NCBI GenBank assembly: GCA_964016885.1
Contig: OZ024761.1
Span: 26,040,001-26,104,000, forward strand
DNA length: 64,000 bases
Direction of reading: 5' to 3'
Source: Eledone cirrhosa
Taxonomy: Eukaryota
Shown: piece after piece, positions 26,247 through 48,425 of the stretch
Numbering within the stretch: the first letter of the stretch is position 1
How the letters are laid out: the number at the start of each line of letters is the position of its first letter
Position numbers and translations under genes: made by a program
Notes under the pieces: generated by a model
What the model was told of the DNA's origin: nothing
Database searches by the model: none
The model's input: only the letters and a program-made list of their open reading frames with translations

Positions 26247-27364
26247 GACTATCTGCAACATGTTCCACAAAGCTATTGACTATCTACATGTTCTACAAGA
26301 GGAGTGATGTCGATAGACTCTACTTAAGGAGATCTGAACGTGGAAGAGGTCTTATCAGCATAGAGGACTGTGTTCAGATGGAGAAAAACAACCTACACAA
26401 ATACATGACTGATAGTAGGGAGCCAATGCTCAGAATCGTACTGAAGGAGAGGACAATAGACCAGGGGATGTCCAAGGAGGAAATAACAACAAGGAGAAAG
26501 AGCAACCTTTATGAAAAATCCCTTCATAGTACCTTCTTTGAGAAAACTGAATTCAGAGATCCACAGAAATGGAACTGGTTGAGAAGAGGAGACCTTAAAC
26601 AGGCTACAGAATGAATGTTAATGGCTGCGCAAGAGCAGGCCCTCAAAACGAAGTGGCTGAAACACCATATTTACAAGGAGAAGGCTAGCACACTGTGTAG
26701 GATCTGTGGAGAGAGAGAGGAGACGGTGGCTCACATTGTATCCGAGTGTAAACAGCTAGCCCAGACTCACTATAAAGGCTGGAGACATGATGTGATGGGC
26801 AGGGTGATCCACTGGCACCTATGCAAAGTACACAATTTACCACATTCTGAGAAGTGGTATGAGCATAAGCCAAAGGCGGTGATAGAAAATGATCAGGTGA
26901 AGGTGCTGTGGGACTTTAGGATACAGACGGACAAGAAACTGGAATACAACAGACCTGACCTGGTGGTTTTGGACAAGGAAAAAAGATCGTGCCTGATTGT
27001 GGACGTGGCCTGCCCATTCGACACGAGAGTGCAAGAGAAGGAGAGGGAGAAAATTAACCGATACCAAGACTTAAAGTGGGAGGTAAAAAGGATTTGGAAC
27101 TGCCATGAAGTCAAAGTGGTCCCGACTGTCATAGGCGCACTAGGGACTATCTCAAAGAGTTTCCAAGGATGGTTAAAGAAAATTGGCCCCGTCCCGCTTT
27201 TTGGAACACTTCAAAACGCATACTTGCTGGGAACAGCAAGAACCCTCCGATACGTCCTGAATATCTGAGGCTGCAGGTAGTGGTCTTGATATTCATTTCA
27301 ACAAACTTTCCAGTTAACTAACATCAACGACTGAGACTCAAAGACCAATAATAATAATAATAAT
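26247..27364 (+). mobile_element. 5'-truncated R4/Dong-clade non-LTR retrotransposon (RT C-terminus, CCHC knuckle, restriction-like endonuclease)
   Basis: Motifs RLYLRRSERGRGL, AAQEQAL, CRICGEREETVAHIVSEC, RHD, NRPDLVV..IVDVACP..EKINRY and VIGALG. One in-frame TGA at 26612-26614. (TAA)n on both flanks. Confidence 0.92.
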
Positions 27365-27423
27365 GATTTCTTTATTGGCCACAGGGGCTGACATCAAGTA
27401 ATAATAATAATAATAATAATAAT

Positions 27424-27806
27424 AATTGTTTCTACTTTTGGCACATGGCCAGCAATTATACTAGTGAATTACTGGTACTTTATTTTATCGACCCCGTAAG
27501 GATGAAAGGCAAAGTTAATCTCGCCGGGATTTGAACTCAGAATGGCAAGGGCCGTAACTCTATGCGTCAAAGCATGGCGTCCGACCCTCTACTGTTACTG
27601 CCAATCCACCGCTAGATAAATGTTTCTACTTTTTGGCACAAGGCCAGCAATTATCCCAGTGCATTACTGGTACTTTATTCTATCGACCCCGTAAGGATGG
27701 AAGGCAAAGTTAACCTCGGCGGGATTTGAACTCAGTCCGTAAAGGGACGTAATTGTGTTGCAAAGCATGGCATCCGACCCTCTACCGATACTGCCAATCA
27801 ACCACC
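27424..27806 (-). mobile_element. Two tandem SINE family A copies (27424-27612, 27620-27806)
   Basis: The family core is present twice. Confidence 0.88.
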
Positions 27807-28122
27807 TTATTACTATCTACAAACCTAATATTAATAAAAAAAATAATATGATTCATATTTAACTAAACGTTGAATAGTAATTTACTGCTAGCAGATTTTA
27901 AATCACGACTTTGTTGCGATGGGTTTTCTGCTTTCTTTATTCATATTGGCCATTGTCAGCGATGTACTGTGGACTGGAATGGACACTCGTCGGTTTCGAC
28001 GATGAGTGTCGATCAATGGAAAGAGCCTGCTGTTTAAATTAATATGCATTTTGTCATGCATTCAACAATCACGAGTAACCGTACCATAATTCTCGGATAT
28101 TCTACCCGATATAGTATGTGTA

Positions 28123-28460
28123 TGAGAGAGAGAAAGCGAGAGAGAAAGCGAGAGAGAAAGCGAGAGCGAGAGAGAGAAAGCGAGAGAGAAAGCGAGAGAG
28201 AAATCGGGAGAGAAATCGGGAGAGAAAGTGAGAGAGAATGTGAGAGGGAAAGCGAGAGAGAAAGCGAGAGAGAAAACGAGAGAGAAAGCGAGAGAGAAAG
28301 CGAGAGAGAAAGCGAGAGAGAAAGCGAGAGAGAAAGCGAGAGAGAAAGCGGGAGAGAAAGCGGGAGAGAAAGCGGGAGAGAAAGCGGGTGAGAAAGCGGG
28401 AGAGAAAGTGAGAGAGAAAGCGACAGAGAAAGCTAGTGAGAAAGCTAGAGAGAGAGAGTG
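28123..28460. repeat. 12-bp GAGAGAGAAAGC minisatellite
   Basis: Directly visible. Confidence 0.9.
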
Positions 28461-28744
28461 AAATAACATGTAAAACTGATATTTCTCAGTTGAGTTAACT
28501 GAAGCAGCGCGAAATAAACCATGGCTTTACGTTCGTCAACCAAACACCTTAAACTCTGATTTAAAAACCAGTCAACGCAACATTTGCATTTGGAAAGTAC
28601 AAGATCGTTAAAATAAATTAAAAATCTCTAATTTGTTGCTGGTTTTGCAGTTTCTTCGAGCGTGTAACTAAAGGTCATTTGGTGTAAAAAAATATCGATT
28701 TCCCGCCAGGAGGATGGTGATTCCCCTAACGTATAGCTGAAGAT

Positions 28745-29130
28745 ATTGGCAGTATCGGTAGAGGGTCGGACGCCATGCTTTGCAGCAAAGAGTTACGGCT
28801 CTTTATGGTCTGAGTTCAAATCCCGCCAAGGTTAACTTTGCCTTTCATCCTTACGGGGGTCGATAAAATAATGTACCAGTAATACACTGGGATAGTTGCT
28901 GGCCTTGTGCCAATGGTAGAAACAATTATTTGTTTTATGTGGTGGATTGGCAGTATCGGTAGAGGGTCAGACGCCATGTTTTCTAGCATAGTTATGTCGC
29001 TTTATGATCTGAGTTCAAATCCCGCCGAGGTTAACTTTGCCTTTCATCCTTACGGGGCCGGCCGATAAAATAAAGTACCAGTAATGTAATGAGTAATTGC
29101 TGGCCTTGTGCCAAAAATGTAGAAACAATT
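28745..29130 (+). mobile_element. Two tandem SINE family A copies (28745-28927, 28939-29130)
   Basis: The family core is present twice. attatttgttttat is duplicated around the second copy. Confidence 0.88.
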
Positions 29131-29433
29131 ATTTGTTTTATTTATATGTATATAAATATTTTTATGTATATATATTTTTCTATGTATATTTTGCCTTTAT
29201 TGAATTTGTATATATACATATATATAATCCGTATGTTGTTTACAGCTAAGAAAAAAGAATACTCGATATCGAAGTATAGATTTAATATTCATCTTATTAA
29301 GGCTGAAAGTGAGTCTTGCTACTCCAGAGTTTCGCCATTTTATCACAAGGTCATCAAGCAAGATGACCCTGTGGCAAAACAGCATAACTACAGAGTCACA
29401 AGAATAACAACTCAACCTTAATAAAATGAATGA

Positions 29434-29557
<124 letters not shown>

Positions 29558-29772
29558 GTATGTGTGTGTTTGTGTGTATACAAATATATAATTTATTGGA
29601 CTAGCTTTCATTTTCTGCACCCTCTTTTATAATCTTGTCTATTTCTGTACTCCTAAAGAAGGGCTAAACACCGACACATTTAACTTTCTTTAAACTTTTC
29701 CATATAAAACATGAAATTAATAAGATATTGTGTACTTCTGTTTTGCCTTGAAATATATATACGTATATACAG

Positions 29773-31170
29773 ATAACTATATATACATAAGTATATCTAC
29801 ATAACTATATCTACATAACTATATCTACATAACTATATCTACATAACTATATCTACATAACTATATCTACATAACTATATCTACATAACTATATCTACAT
29901 AACTATAATGTAGGAGGTGAGTTTTATTGTACCACAATAAAGCAATGCAAATATCGGATAAGTAGCACTCAACAGTTTATTGGACTGGAGTATATATAAG
30001 AAGAAATTAAAAGATGGTTAAAATTTGATTATGCGCATTTCAAAAACAAAAACTAATATCATCCTGAGACGATATATTCGTTCTCATCAGATAAAATAGG
30101 GAGACATGATATGAAATTTAAAAAAACACTTGTGAGCCAGGTAGTGTCTAAACAACATATGAGATTGGAAAAAAGGAAAGCAAGGGGAAAAAAGTATGGA
30201 AGAGGAGAAAAAAAAGAAAAAAGAAGGAAAGGATAAAGGAGGAAGAGTATAAGAAGGAGGAAGGAGAGAGAAAGAAGAGATAAACATTTAAACTGAGAAA
30301 CGCTGTCTCCACAGAGAAATAACTGAAAAAAAACGGTTGTAAATTTATAAATAAATTAAAAAATTAAAAGTTAATGAGGTTTATGAATGATGATGAAATT
30401 AACTATCCTATTTATTTAGGGTTTATATATTTAGGCTTTATATCGTGAAGGATTTATTAAGATGTGCGAAAAATTTATTAAAACGTATTATTAAGATAAA
30501 ATAAAGTAAAATAAGATGAGGTGAATGAAAATGAAATTAAATGCTTTATAAGCTTAGAAGACGATATAGGGTCCTAGTTTATTTCAATAGATTGTAATAG
30601 AAAAAGTAATTATTTAAGTTAAGACAAGCATGGAAAGAGAGAAAAAAGAAAAATACGAGGAAGAAAATATTACGTCAAAAATTTATACATAACTACATAA
30701 CTATATCTACATAACTATATCTACACATAACTATATCTACACATAACTATATCTACACATAACTATATCTACACATAACTATATCTACACATAACTATAT
30801 CTACATAACTATATCTACATAACTATATCTACACATAACTATATCTACACATAACTATATCTACACATAACTATATCTACATAACTATATCTACATAAGT
30901 ATATCTACACATAACTATATCTACACATAACTATATCTACACATAACTATATCTACACATAACTATATCTACACATAACTATATCTACATAACTATATCT
31001 ACATAACTATATCTACATAACTATATCTACATAGCTATATGTACATAACTATATATATATAACTATATATGCATAATTATATCTTCATAACTATATCTAC
31101 ATAACTATATATCTACATAACTATATATATACATTATATATATATACATAATTATATATATACATAACTA
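29773..31170. repeat. Two arrays of a 14/16-bp ATAACTATATCTAC(AC) minisatellite (29773-29906, 30690-31170)
   Basis: Directly visible. Confidence 0.9.
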
Positions 31171-31211
31171 TATACATGTGTATATTTAATATATTTATTT
31201 TTATTTTACAG

Positions 31212-31447
31212 GAAACCCAGTGCGGTTCGCGAGAGATTGTGCCTCAACGTACATTGAAGAGGGTTGTGTTGTTAAAAATATCACCGCAACAAGGAAGAAA
31301 AACTCATGCATACGTACATGTAAAACAGATGGGTGCAATGGACAGGGGTTAGAATTAAGGGGTGGATCCTCCACATTGAATATATTAACCTACTTAGTTA
31401 TCGGGCTTGCTTTCTTAATTAATTGTGAACAATTTTTAATTGTTTAA
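31212..31447 (+). CDS. Ly6/uPAR (quiver/sleepless-like) protein, last coding exon with GPI-anchor-like tail
   Basis: Acceptor ttttacag|GA, phase 1, joins the 23842-23991 exon. Reads [22 protein letters not shown], then hydrophobic [13 protein letters not shown] and a stop. Ten LU cysteines across the two exons. Confidence 0.82.
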
Positions 31448-31509
31448 TATTTTCTTTTGCGTCTAAGGGCTTTTTTCCTTATGTACATAACGTTATATCC
31501 GTAGGTACG

Positions 31510-38594
<7,085 letters not shown>

Positions 38595-38859
38595 ACAACT
38601 ACTATACTCAAAATAACGGTAACAAAAACTAAAATAATAATTATAATTTTAATATTGATAATTTCTTAACCTTATTATCGATTATGATGATATTGATAAT
38701 GATTTTGCTATTTATAACTATTGTAAAGCTATTTCTATTTTGGGTTAAAAATAATAAAATGCGAAATTCTGAGTTCTCGTGTTTTTTCTTATTCCTCATG
38801 CCGCTTTTCAATATTTTTGTTGTCTTTATATATATATATATTTAAATACAGGAAAGCTC

Positions 38860-39378
38860 ACGAAGTCGCGCACATAACATCGAAGAAACTCGCATGTAAA
38901 ACGCACAAAAAATGCACCTAAAATCAGTCAAAAACGCGCACATTAAATTGCACAAAATGCGCACATAAAATCGCACACAAAAGCGCACAAAAACGGTACA
39001 TGAAAGTGCATGTAAAAGCGCACAAAAATGCGCACATAGAAGTGCACAAAACGAACACAGAAGCACACAAAAAACGCACACATAAAACGCACAAACTGCA
39101 CATGAAGGCTCACAAAGACGCGCACATAAAGTCGCACAAAACCCGTACATAAAATTGCAAAAATCGCCCGCATAAAGTCGCATAAAACGTGCACATAGAA
39201 CGCACGAAAAGTGCACATGAAACCCCTTAAAAATGCGCATGTAAAACCCCACAAAAACACGCACATAACACGCACAAAAAATGCACATGAAAGCGCTCAA
39301 AAACGTGCACAAAAAATCATATAAAAGCGCACAAAAATGCGCACATAAAAGGGCACATAGAAGCGCACAAAACGAATG
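38860..39378. repeat. Degenerate ~22-bp tandem repeat (cgcacataaaacgcacaaaaa) abutting the Helitron helicase truncation
   Basis: Periodic gcaca/aaaa motif. Confidence 0.75.
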
Positions 39379-39384
39379 CAGATA

Positions 39385-42300
39385 CGAACAAATGCGTCCG
39401 GAGGTATTTTGCCGTCACCATGTTTCAAAATATCCTGTGCAAATTCCCCGGACGTTTGGTCGCCGTGTAATTGAGTTCTCATGCTGGTTGTAAGAATCAG
39501 TGTCCTGACATGGCGCCACAGAGGAGAGGACTTTACGCATGCTTGGACCTCATCTGCTCTTGTGCCTTTGGGAATGACGGGAAGAATCCGCCTGAAGTCA
39601 CCCGAAAGCAGAAGCGTAACACCTTCCATGGCAGCCTGGCAGCCTCTGATGTCCTTTAGAACTCTGTTTAATGCGTCCAGAATTCTCTTATGGGCCATGG
39701 TGCACTCATCCCACACACTGAGCTGACATCGTTTAAGGACTTAGCCCTGGTCGGAGATCTTGCTGATGCTGCAAGTAGGCGTTTCTGACGTTGTTAAATT
39801 GAGAGGCAATTTAAAACTGGAGTGTGCGGTCCTGCCACCGGGTAACAAAGTGGCTGCAATTCCAGAAGAGACAACAGCAACCGCAATGTCTTTATGCATC
39901 CTGACTTTTGCAAGGAGGAGTCTCGTTAAAAATGTTTTGCCCGTCCCTGCAGGAACATCCAGAAAGGACATACCTCCTTTTCTCTGGCGCACATGATCGG
40001 CAACAATGGTGTAAGCACGACGCTGATCCTGAAGAAGTTGTGGTTCAGTTTCAAGGACGTACTTGGTAAGATCATCGACTAAAATATCTTCAAATGACAT
40101 TGACAGCATCATCTCCGCAGAGTTTCACGATCCGTCTATAGACAAAGACCTCTGTGACATAGTGAAGAGAAACGTGGTCCATGGTCCACGTGGGCGGGGT
40201 TTCAATTTAAGCTCACTCTTCTTGAACGACAATGTCTGCAGCAAAAGATTTCCCCGAAAGTTCTTCCAAGAAACCCAGACTGGCGTTGAACTTTCGAGGA
40301 AATCTTTTGCTGCAGACATTGTCGTTCAAGAAGAGTGAGCTTAAATTGAAACCCCGCCCACGTGGACCATGGACCACGTTTCTCTTCACTATGTCATAGA
40401 GGTCTTTGTCTATAGACGGATCGGGAAACTCTGCGGAGATGATGCTGTCAATGTCATTTGAAGATATTTTTGTTGACAGCCAAATAAGGATGTGGGCGTG
40501 CGGTAGGCCACTCTTCTGCCACTCTACGGTGTACATGTCGCACTTTACTGAGCCAAAGACTTGCCCTGTCTTGATGAGCTCCATAAGATTGATAAGCTTC
40601 AGCCGAAAGACTCGAGCCAGGAGGTCATGCCTGTCTTTGGCATGTTGCTCTTGGAACAGTTCTGCCCCGATCTCCTTCCACTTTGGATTGCAAGTGATTA
40701 TGATGAACAGATCGGGCCTGCTGTAATGCCGTACGTAGGTCGTAGCAACCTGCGTTCTCTCGTGCATGTAACGCGGACTTCCAGTGAAGAGGGGGGGGGT
40801 GAATGCAGATTTTTCCAACGCTGCTGTGAGCTGCGACATTGTTGATGGCATCTCGGAGATGGTTGTAGCTCTCGGACCGCAGTTTCCTTTGGTGTAACCG
40901 TATGAAATACAGTCTCTGCGAGTTCATGTTTGTGCACATATCAATGGCGAATTGCTGAAGTAGGTCTCTTGATTGGTGCAGGTGATTGAAGGAACCGTGG
41001 CGAACCATGAAGCGGTGGGAGTAGAAATCCATGCATGAAACTGGTTTTGGGACGGAGTGTTGAGGGCTTACTGGATTATGGTGGTGAATTCCGTACTGAT
41101 AGCCGTCCTCACCATTTACAAAGAGAAGTGGATAGTGGAGCGCATCGTAAGACCTATGTGTTTCGCTGATTCGCTGAAGAGTGCTATCTAGACGCTTGGG
41201 GACAATGTCTCGTGGATTATGCTGACCGCCATGCATAAGTATAGCGATTTCATTGTATGCAGGATAATTATACCGACCCGGATGCTCCCCAGATGGCATG
41301 TTTGAGGCATCCATTACCACATTAAAATTGCTTGTGGTATCTGCTTCCAAGGCATACTTGAAGCTAATGACAACTGTTTTTTGTGTGCCGAATGTCTTGC
41401 AGTTTCCTTATAAGCTCGACGTTGGTACCAGGTGAAATGGAGTTCCTCATGGCTGCCTGCTCGTTGACATTCGCAACAAACTACAACTGAAGAAATTGAG
41501 GTTTTTGATTGGCGGCAGGTTGGAGGGATCCGATTCTATGGTACACCTGACCTTGCACCTTAAATGTGGGCATAAATCCGCCTTCCTTGACAATGTTCGC
41601 CCTGAAAGGTATCATTTGGAAAGCACAGTTATACCTCCGGATGTAAGTCAGGAAATGCCGTGACTCCGCAGTACTGCCTGAATATAGGAGCTTCAACGAT
41701 TGTGGTGGATCCTCCAGGGGACGTAATTTTACTTTTCCATTTGCGAAACACAAGCCAGGTGTTTTACCAGACCACTTTTTTTCCATTGTAGAAAGAACAC
41801 CTCTTTGACATACTCCCAATTCGCATGTCTGGATGGCCATTGTAATCAAAGTCAGGGTTGTACCCGAATGCTTTTAAAGACCATCGTGAGCAACAGGGCC
41901 TTGAAATACCCTGCCCAAAGGCCCTTCGTTGAGCATTACATTGTAGTCGAATGTCTCGTTCTTGCGAGATCTGTGTAGCTCGCGCAGCAGTATTCGCAGC
42001 ATCCGAACTCCGACGTATTTTACGCTGGTCTTCCGTATCGGCAGCTCGTGCAACAGAGGTAGATGCGGCATTAGCGGTTCGGCAAATGGTTCGTTGGTTG
42101 TCTGTTTCAAGTGCTCTTCTGGTGGCAGCACGTTTAGCATCTTGCGATAGTCGAATAGCAGATTCCACTGATTATTCGTTTGCCCGCCCTGTCGTTGTTG
42201 TTGCTGCTTTCGCAGTTTTTCGGCCAATGGAGTATCTCTTCCTTCAAGGCATGACCTAAAAGCAAGACGAAGTACACTGAAACTCACTGGTAGAGTAAGG

Positions 42301-43028
42301 AGTAAACTCGTCAGTGAATTAAAAACCGATGCATATGATTTCCGAACGGTTGACTATGTAATTTCTAAGCCATCAGTGCCGTCTTAACCGGGGTATGAAT
42401 AGGGGTAACAGTAAGAGCAGCGGTGGAATGAGTGTAAGTTAGTGAATATGTTGTCCCTGAAAAAAATGGCGTAACTGAAACGCCACACGCACGTACACAC
42501 ACATGTTAATAGATTTAACTCTTAGTGGAACGCTGCACGAACACATACACACGCACATGCACACGCACATATGTTAATTACTTATAGCTTTCCTTCCCCT
42601 CTTCCACTGTCATGTATCAAACACAGCATCTGTCGCTTTCTCTCTCTCTCGCTATCCCCCTCTTTTAGTCTGTCTGTTTCTTTCACTCTCACTCTTTCTA
42701 CTTATAACTCACTCACATTTCTCCCCTCTATCGCAAAACACTGTGACGAATGGGGAGATGGAGGAGGACGAGGAGTAGAGAGCCACTTCGTCACTTCACT
42801 TCTCCGTTTCTTTCTCTTCCCTCTCACTCCCTCATTATGTACAGACATTGGCCACTTCACTAATTCGATCCCTGGAAATAAATAATTTGAAATTTTTGTT
42901 TCTGCTCCAAACACTCACAGAGCCATACGTATTACATGATGTGTAAAGTTTGAAAAAAAACGGTTGGGTACTTCTTGAGTTTTAGGGAAACAGATACACA
43001 GACATTCTTCGTTTTATATATATATAGA
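39385..43028 (-). mobile_element. Helitron, decayed, internally rearranged and 3'-truncated
   Basis: 5' terminus A|TCTATATATATATAAAACG at 43028. RepHel remnants downstream. No 3' hairpin/CTRR found. Confidence 0.9.
39390..42252 (-). pseudogene. Helitron RepHel (HUH Rep + PIF1 helicase) pseudogene
   Basis: N-terminal MP*RKRYSIGR, FKVQGQVYHRIGSL and SYDALHYPLLF. Rep motifs PDLFIIITCNPKW and VEWQKSGLPHAHILIW. PIF1 motifs PAGTGKT, GIAATLLPGGRTAHS, WDECTM and LSGDFRRILPV. Contains stops and frameshifts. Confidence 0.93.
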
Positions 43029-43306
43029 TAAGCCCTCATTAAAAATTGTCCACACACACATACACACACATACAGAAAACTTCGTCTTTATATATATACA
43101 GATATACGTATATATATATACATATACATAAATATATATATACTTGGCTCCTGACCCTGCTGGGAGTATTGCAATCGCTTGTAACATATCCTGAATAAGC
43201 AATGCCTGTGCTTTGGCGGTTTTTTTAAGTGGGGAAAGACCTTACACTCCACCAATCCCATTCTCTGAGCATCGAATACACAACCCGACATAAATATACA
43301 TATAAA

Positions 43307-43351
<45 letters not shown>

Positions 43352-43479
43352 AGATTTGAATGGATACAGTTTAGTTGAAAGGAATTTATTGACACGTGTT
43401 TCTATAACAGTTACATAACCTAAAACAGCTGCTATCTACAAACTTTTAGTTATGCAGACATTATATATATATATATATA

Positions 43480-43667
43480 GGGCGGTGGATTGGCAGTATC
43501 GGTAGAGGATCGGACGCCATGCTTTCCAGCATAGTTACGTCCCTTTACGATCTGAGTTCAAATCCCGCCGAGGTTGACTTTGCCTTTCATCCTTACGGGG
43601 TCGATAAAATAAAGTACCAGTAATGCACTGGGTAATTGCTGGCCTTGTGCCTAAAGTAGAAACAATT
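43480..43667 (+). mobile_element. SINE family A, full length, in a (TA)n tract
   Basis: Near-consensus copy with attatatatatatata on both flanks. Confidence 0.9.
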
Positions 43668-44127
43668 ATATATATATATATATATGGTATATACTCTTAC
43701 GCACATATGAAGCAATTAAATGCAGATATGAAACTATCCGACGCTCTATTTTGCCCATGTCGTCATATCCTTTTACACACCTATGAGCTTTTACTGCGAA
43801 GTATTTACATCTACATGTAGAATCTATTAGTAATTCACACTATTATCAATGAATTCGTTGGCAAACCTAAAAGCCACTTCGGATCGCTTAAATGTTGATA
43901 TAATATCCATGCGGGATAGTTGTACTTTGTTTTATATCCGTTAATAAACCTGTAAAGCTCAACGTACTAGATGAAGGAACATATATATATATATATATAT
44001 AGTTCACCGCGGATTCAAATCACACGAGGAACATTGAAACACAAAGACACCTTTCTATAGTGAAACGTGAAGAGGTAAGACCAGGTAAGAGCAAATATAG
44101 ACGTACATATATATATATATATATATA

Positions 44128-44243
<116 letters not shown>

Positions 44244-44368
44244 GAGAGAGAGACTAATCTGTGTGTGTGTGTGTATATGTATATATATATATATATACCT
44301 CTCTCACTCTCTTTATATATATATACCTCTCTCTCTCCCTCTCTCTCTCTATATATATATATATACAC

Positions 44369-44399
<31 letters not shown>

Positions 44400-44402
44400 C
44401 AC

Positions 44403-44433
<31 letters not shown>

Positions 44434-44483
44434 CACCTCTCTCTCTATATATCTATATATATACCTCTCTCTCTCTCTACCTA

Positions 44484-44525
<42 letters not shown>

Positions 44526-44576
44526 AGGTGAGTTTTATTGAAGCACAATAAAGCAATGCAAATAACGGATAAGTAG

Positions 44577-44647
<71 letters not shown>

Positions 44648-45109
44648 GTAGTTGTTGAATCTGTGTTGTACATTTCAGAAGTGGTGACGGTGGTATGTTG
44701 CTATGGTGGTTGTTGTTGTTGTTGGTGGTGGTAGTGATAGTGATTGCGGCAGTAATAGTGCCATTACGTTGCTGCAATGGCGATGTTTTTACGTATGTCA
44801 TTGTAGTGGTTTTTGCTGTTGTTATTTCTACAGGTGGAGGTGCTTGTGTTTTATTGATGTTGGTGTTGTTGTTGTTGTTTTTTTCTGTTTATTAATACAT
44901 ATTTTGCTATTTGCTTTCATGTTATGAAGTATTTTGTTTTTTATCGTATTTTTCTTGCTGTTGTTGTTGTTGGTGGTGTTTTGGTTCATTTTCCATAATG
45001 TAGCGAGGAATTTCAGCTGTCTTTGTACAACAAAGTCGGATTTAAAATGTCCCCAGCCGGCATCAGGAAAATATTCATCTCATGATAGGCAAGAAAAATA
45101 GATTGACAC

Positions 45110-46697
<1,588 letters not shown>

Positions 46698-47530
46698 TTT
46701 TGAGTATTTGTTGGTTGTATACCAAGACTTCAGTATGCAGATTGGAGCACTAGACGAAGTGCGCAGGGTGGTTTTTCTGCTAGCATGTGTAGTGTGCATA
46801 TTGATATTATATGCAATATACATGTATGTTGATATGATACATCAAATAAAATCGTAATTGATAATATACACAGAAATTGAAGAGAGACTGTGTTACACTG
46901 TCTTCTGTAATCAGTGAAGTAATCCATGATAAATGTAAAAAAGACGATATTATATATAAACTGCATTACGGTGAAATGCTATGAAAACGAAAAAGGAGAA
47001 AATTATATATTCTAGCAGAAAAAAACACCCTAACTATTGTGTTTCTACTTCTATATATATCCTGTGAGTAATTCTTTTCTCTCACATTCTCGGCCAAGCT
47101 GGTCGGAATTTTTTCTCTCTCGTCTACGATTTCACAGAACTTATGTTTACCGAATTCGGAGACCAGACCCCTTCTTCCTCCCGTTAGACCCGTGCGAAAT
47201 TCCTTCCTTGCTCACATTTCAACCAGGTTTGATGGTCTTTATTCTCTCGTTCACGATTTCACCGAACTTAAATTCATAGAAATCTGGGACTTGTCTCCGT
47301 CTTCCTCACTTTCTGTTGCTTCACCATTTTGTTTGTTTACCCTCGCGTCCCCTTTATTTACGTGTCCCAACGACTTTTTTTAGCCGTTGCTCGCACCAAC
47401 CGGAGGTATATGGTCTTTAAAGCGATGAAATGCCTATGATAGCTGGAAGATCACTGATGAAGGACAAACTTTTTTCATATGTAACCCATTTGCAACTCCG
47501 CAGCGCCCTTATTATCATATATATATATAT

Positions 47531-48420
47531 ACGGAAAAAATGAAACGAAATATCATTTTTCACGCTGTTACTTAAATATAAGTATGTATACGTACATACA
47601 TATATGTATACAGACGTACAGTAGTATGTCAGCAACGTATACCTTCCTGCCAGATGATTGAACGTCTGAAAGTATATACTTTCCTTATGCATATTAACGG
47701 CTGAGCAGCCTAATTTGCATATCGAGTGAGTTAATCGGCCGGGCGCACCGAAAACGATAAACGGAAAAAATGAGACGAAATTTCATTTTTCACTCTTAGT
47801 ACGGTTGTTACTTAAATATAAGTATGTATACCTACATATATATATATATATGTATACAGACGTACAGTAGTATGTATATATATATACATACATGCACACA
47901 TATATATATGTACGTATGGATTTACCGAACATTTATTATAATGCTTGGCGTGTTTGTAAACAAACATCCCGAATTAAGCAGTACAGTATTTAGCAACCAC
48001 CGTTGCTCTTTTGTTCAACACTGACAAAGGAACGATGTACTAGTTTCATGCTTATTAGCTATCGTCAGCACCGTATACCTTCCTGCCAGATGATTGAACG
48101 TCTGAAAGTATATACTTTCCTTATGCATATTAACGGCTCAGCAGCCTAATTTGCATATCGAGTGAGTTAATCGGCCGTGCGCACCGAAAACGATAAACGG
48201 AAAGAATGATATGCAAATTAGGTGTTGAGCAAAAGAGCAACGATGGTTGCTAAACACTGTACGGCTTAATTCGGGATGTTTGTTTACAAACACGCCAAGC
48301 ATTATAATAAATGTTCGGTAAATCCATACGTATATATATATATGTGTGCATGTATGTATATATATATACATACTACTGTACGTCTGTATACATATATGTA
48401 TGTACGTATACATACTTATA
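47531..48420. repeat. ~436-bp unit present as a deleted copy, a full copy and an inverted partial copy
   Basis: Units start acggaaa at 47531, 47761 and 48197. 48223-48420 is the reverse complement of ~47818-48021. Confidence 0.85.
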
Positions 48421-48425
48421 TATAT

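Noticed and set aside
26612-26614. TGA between the two Dong ORFs as programmed readthrough or a two-ORF layout
   Set aside because: R4-clade elements have one ORF, so a point mutation in a truncated copy is simpler.
28044-28469. RESE, AREK and LAFS repeat ORFs
   Set aside because: They are translations of a 12-bp minisatellite.
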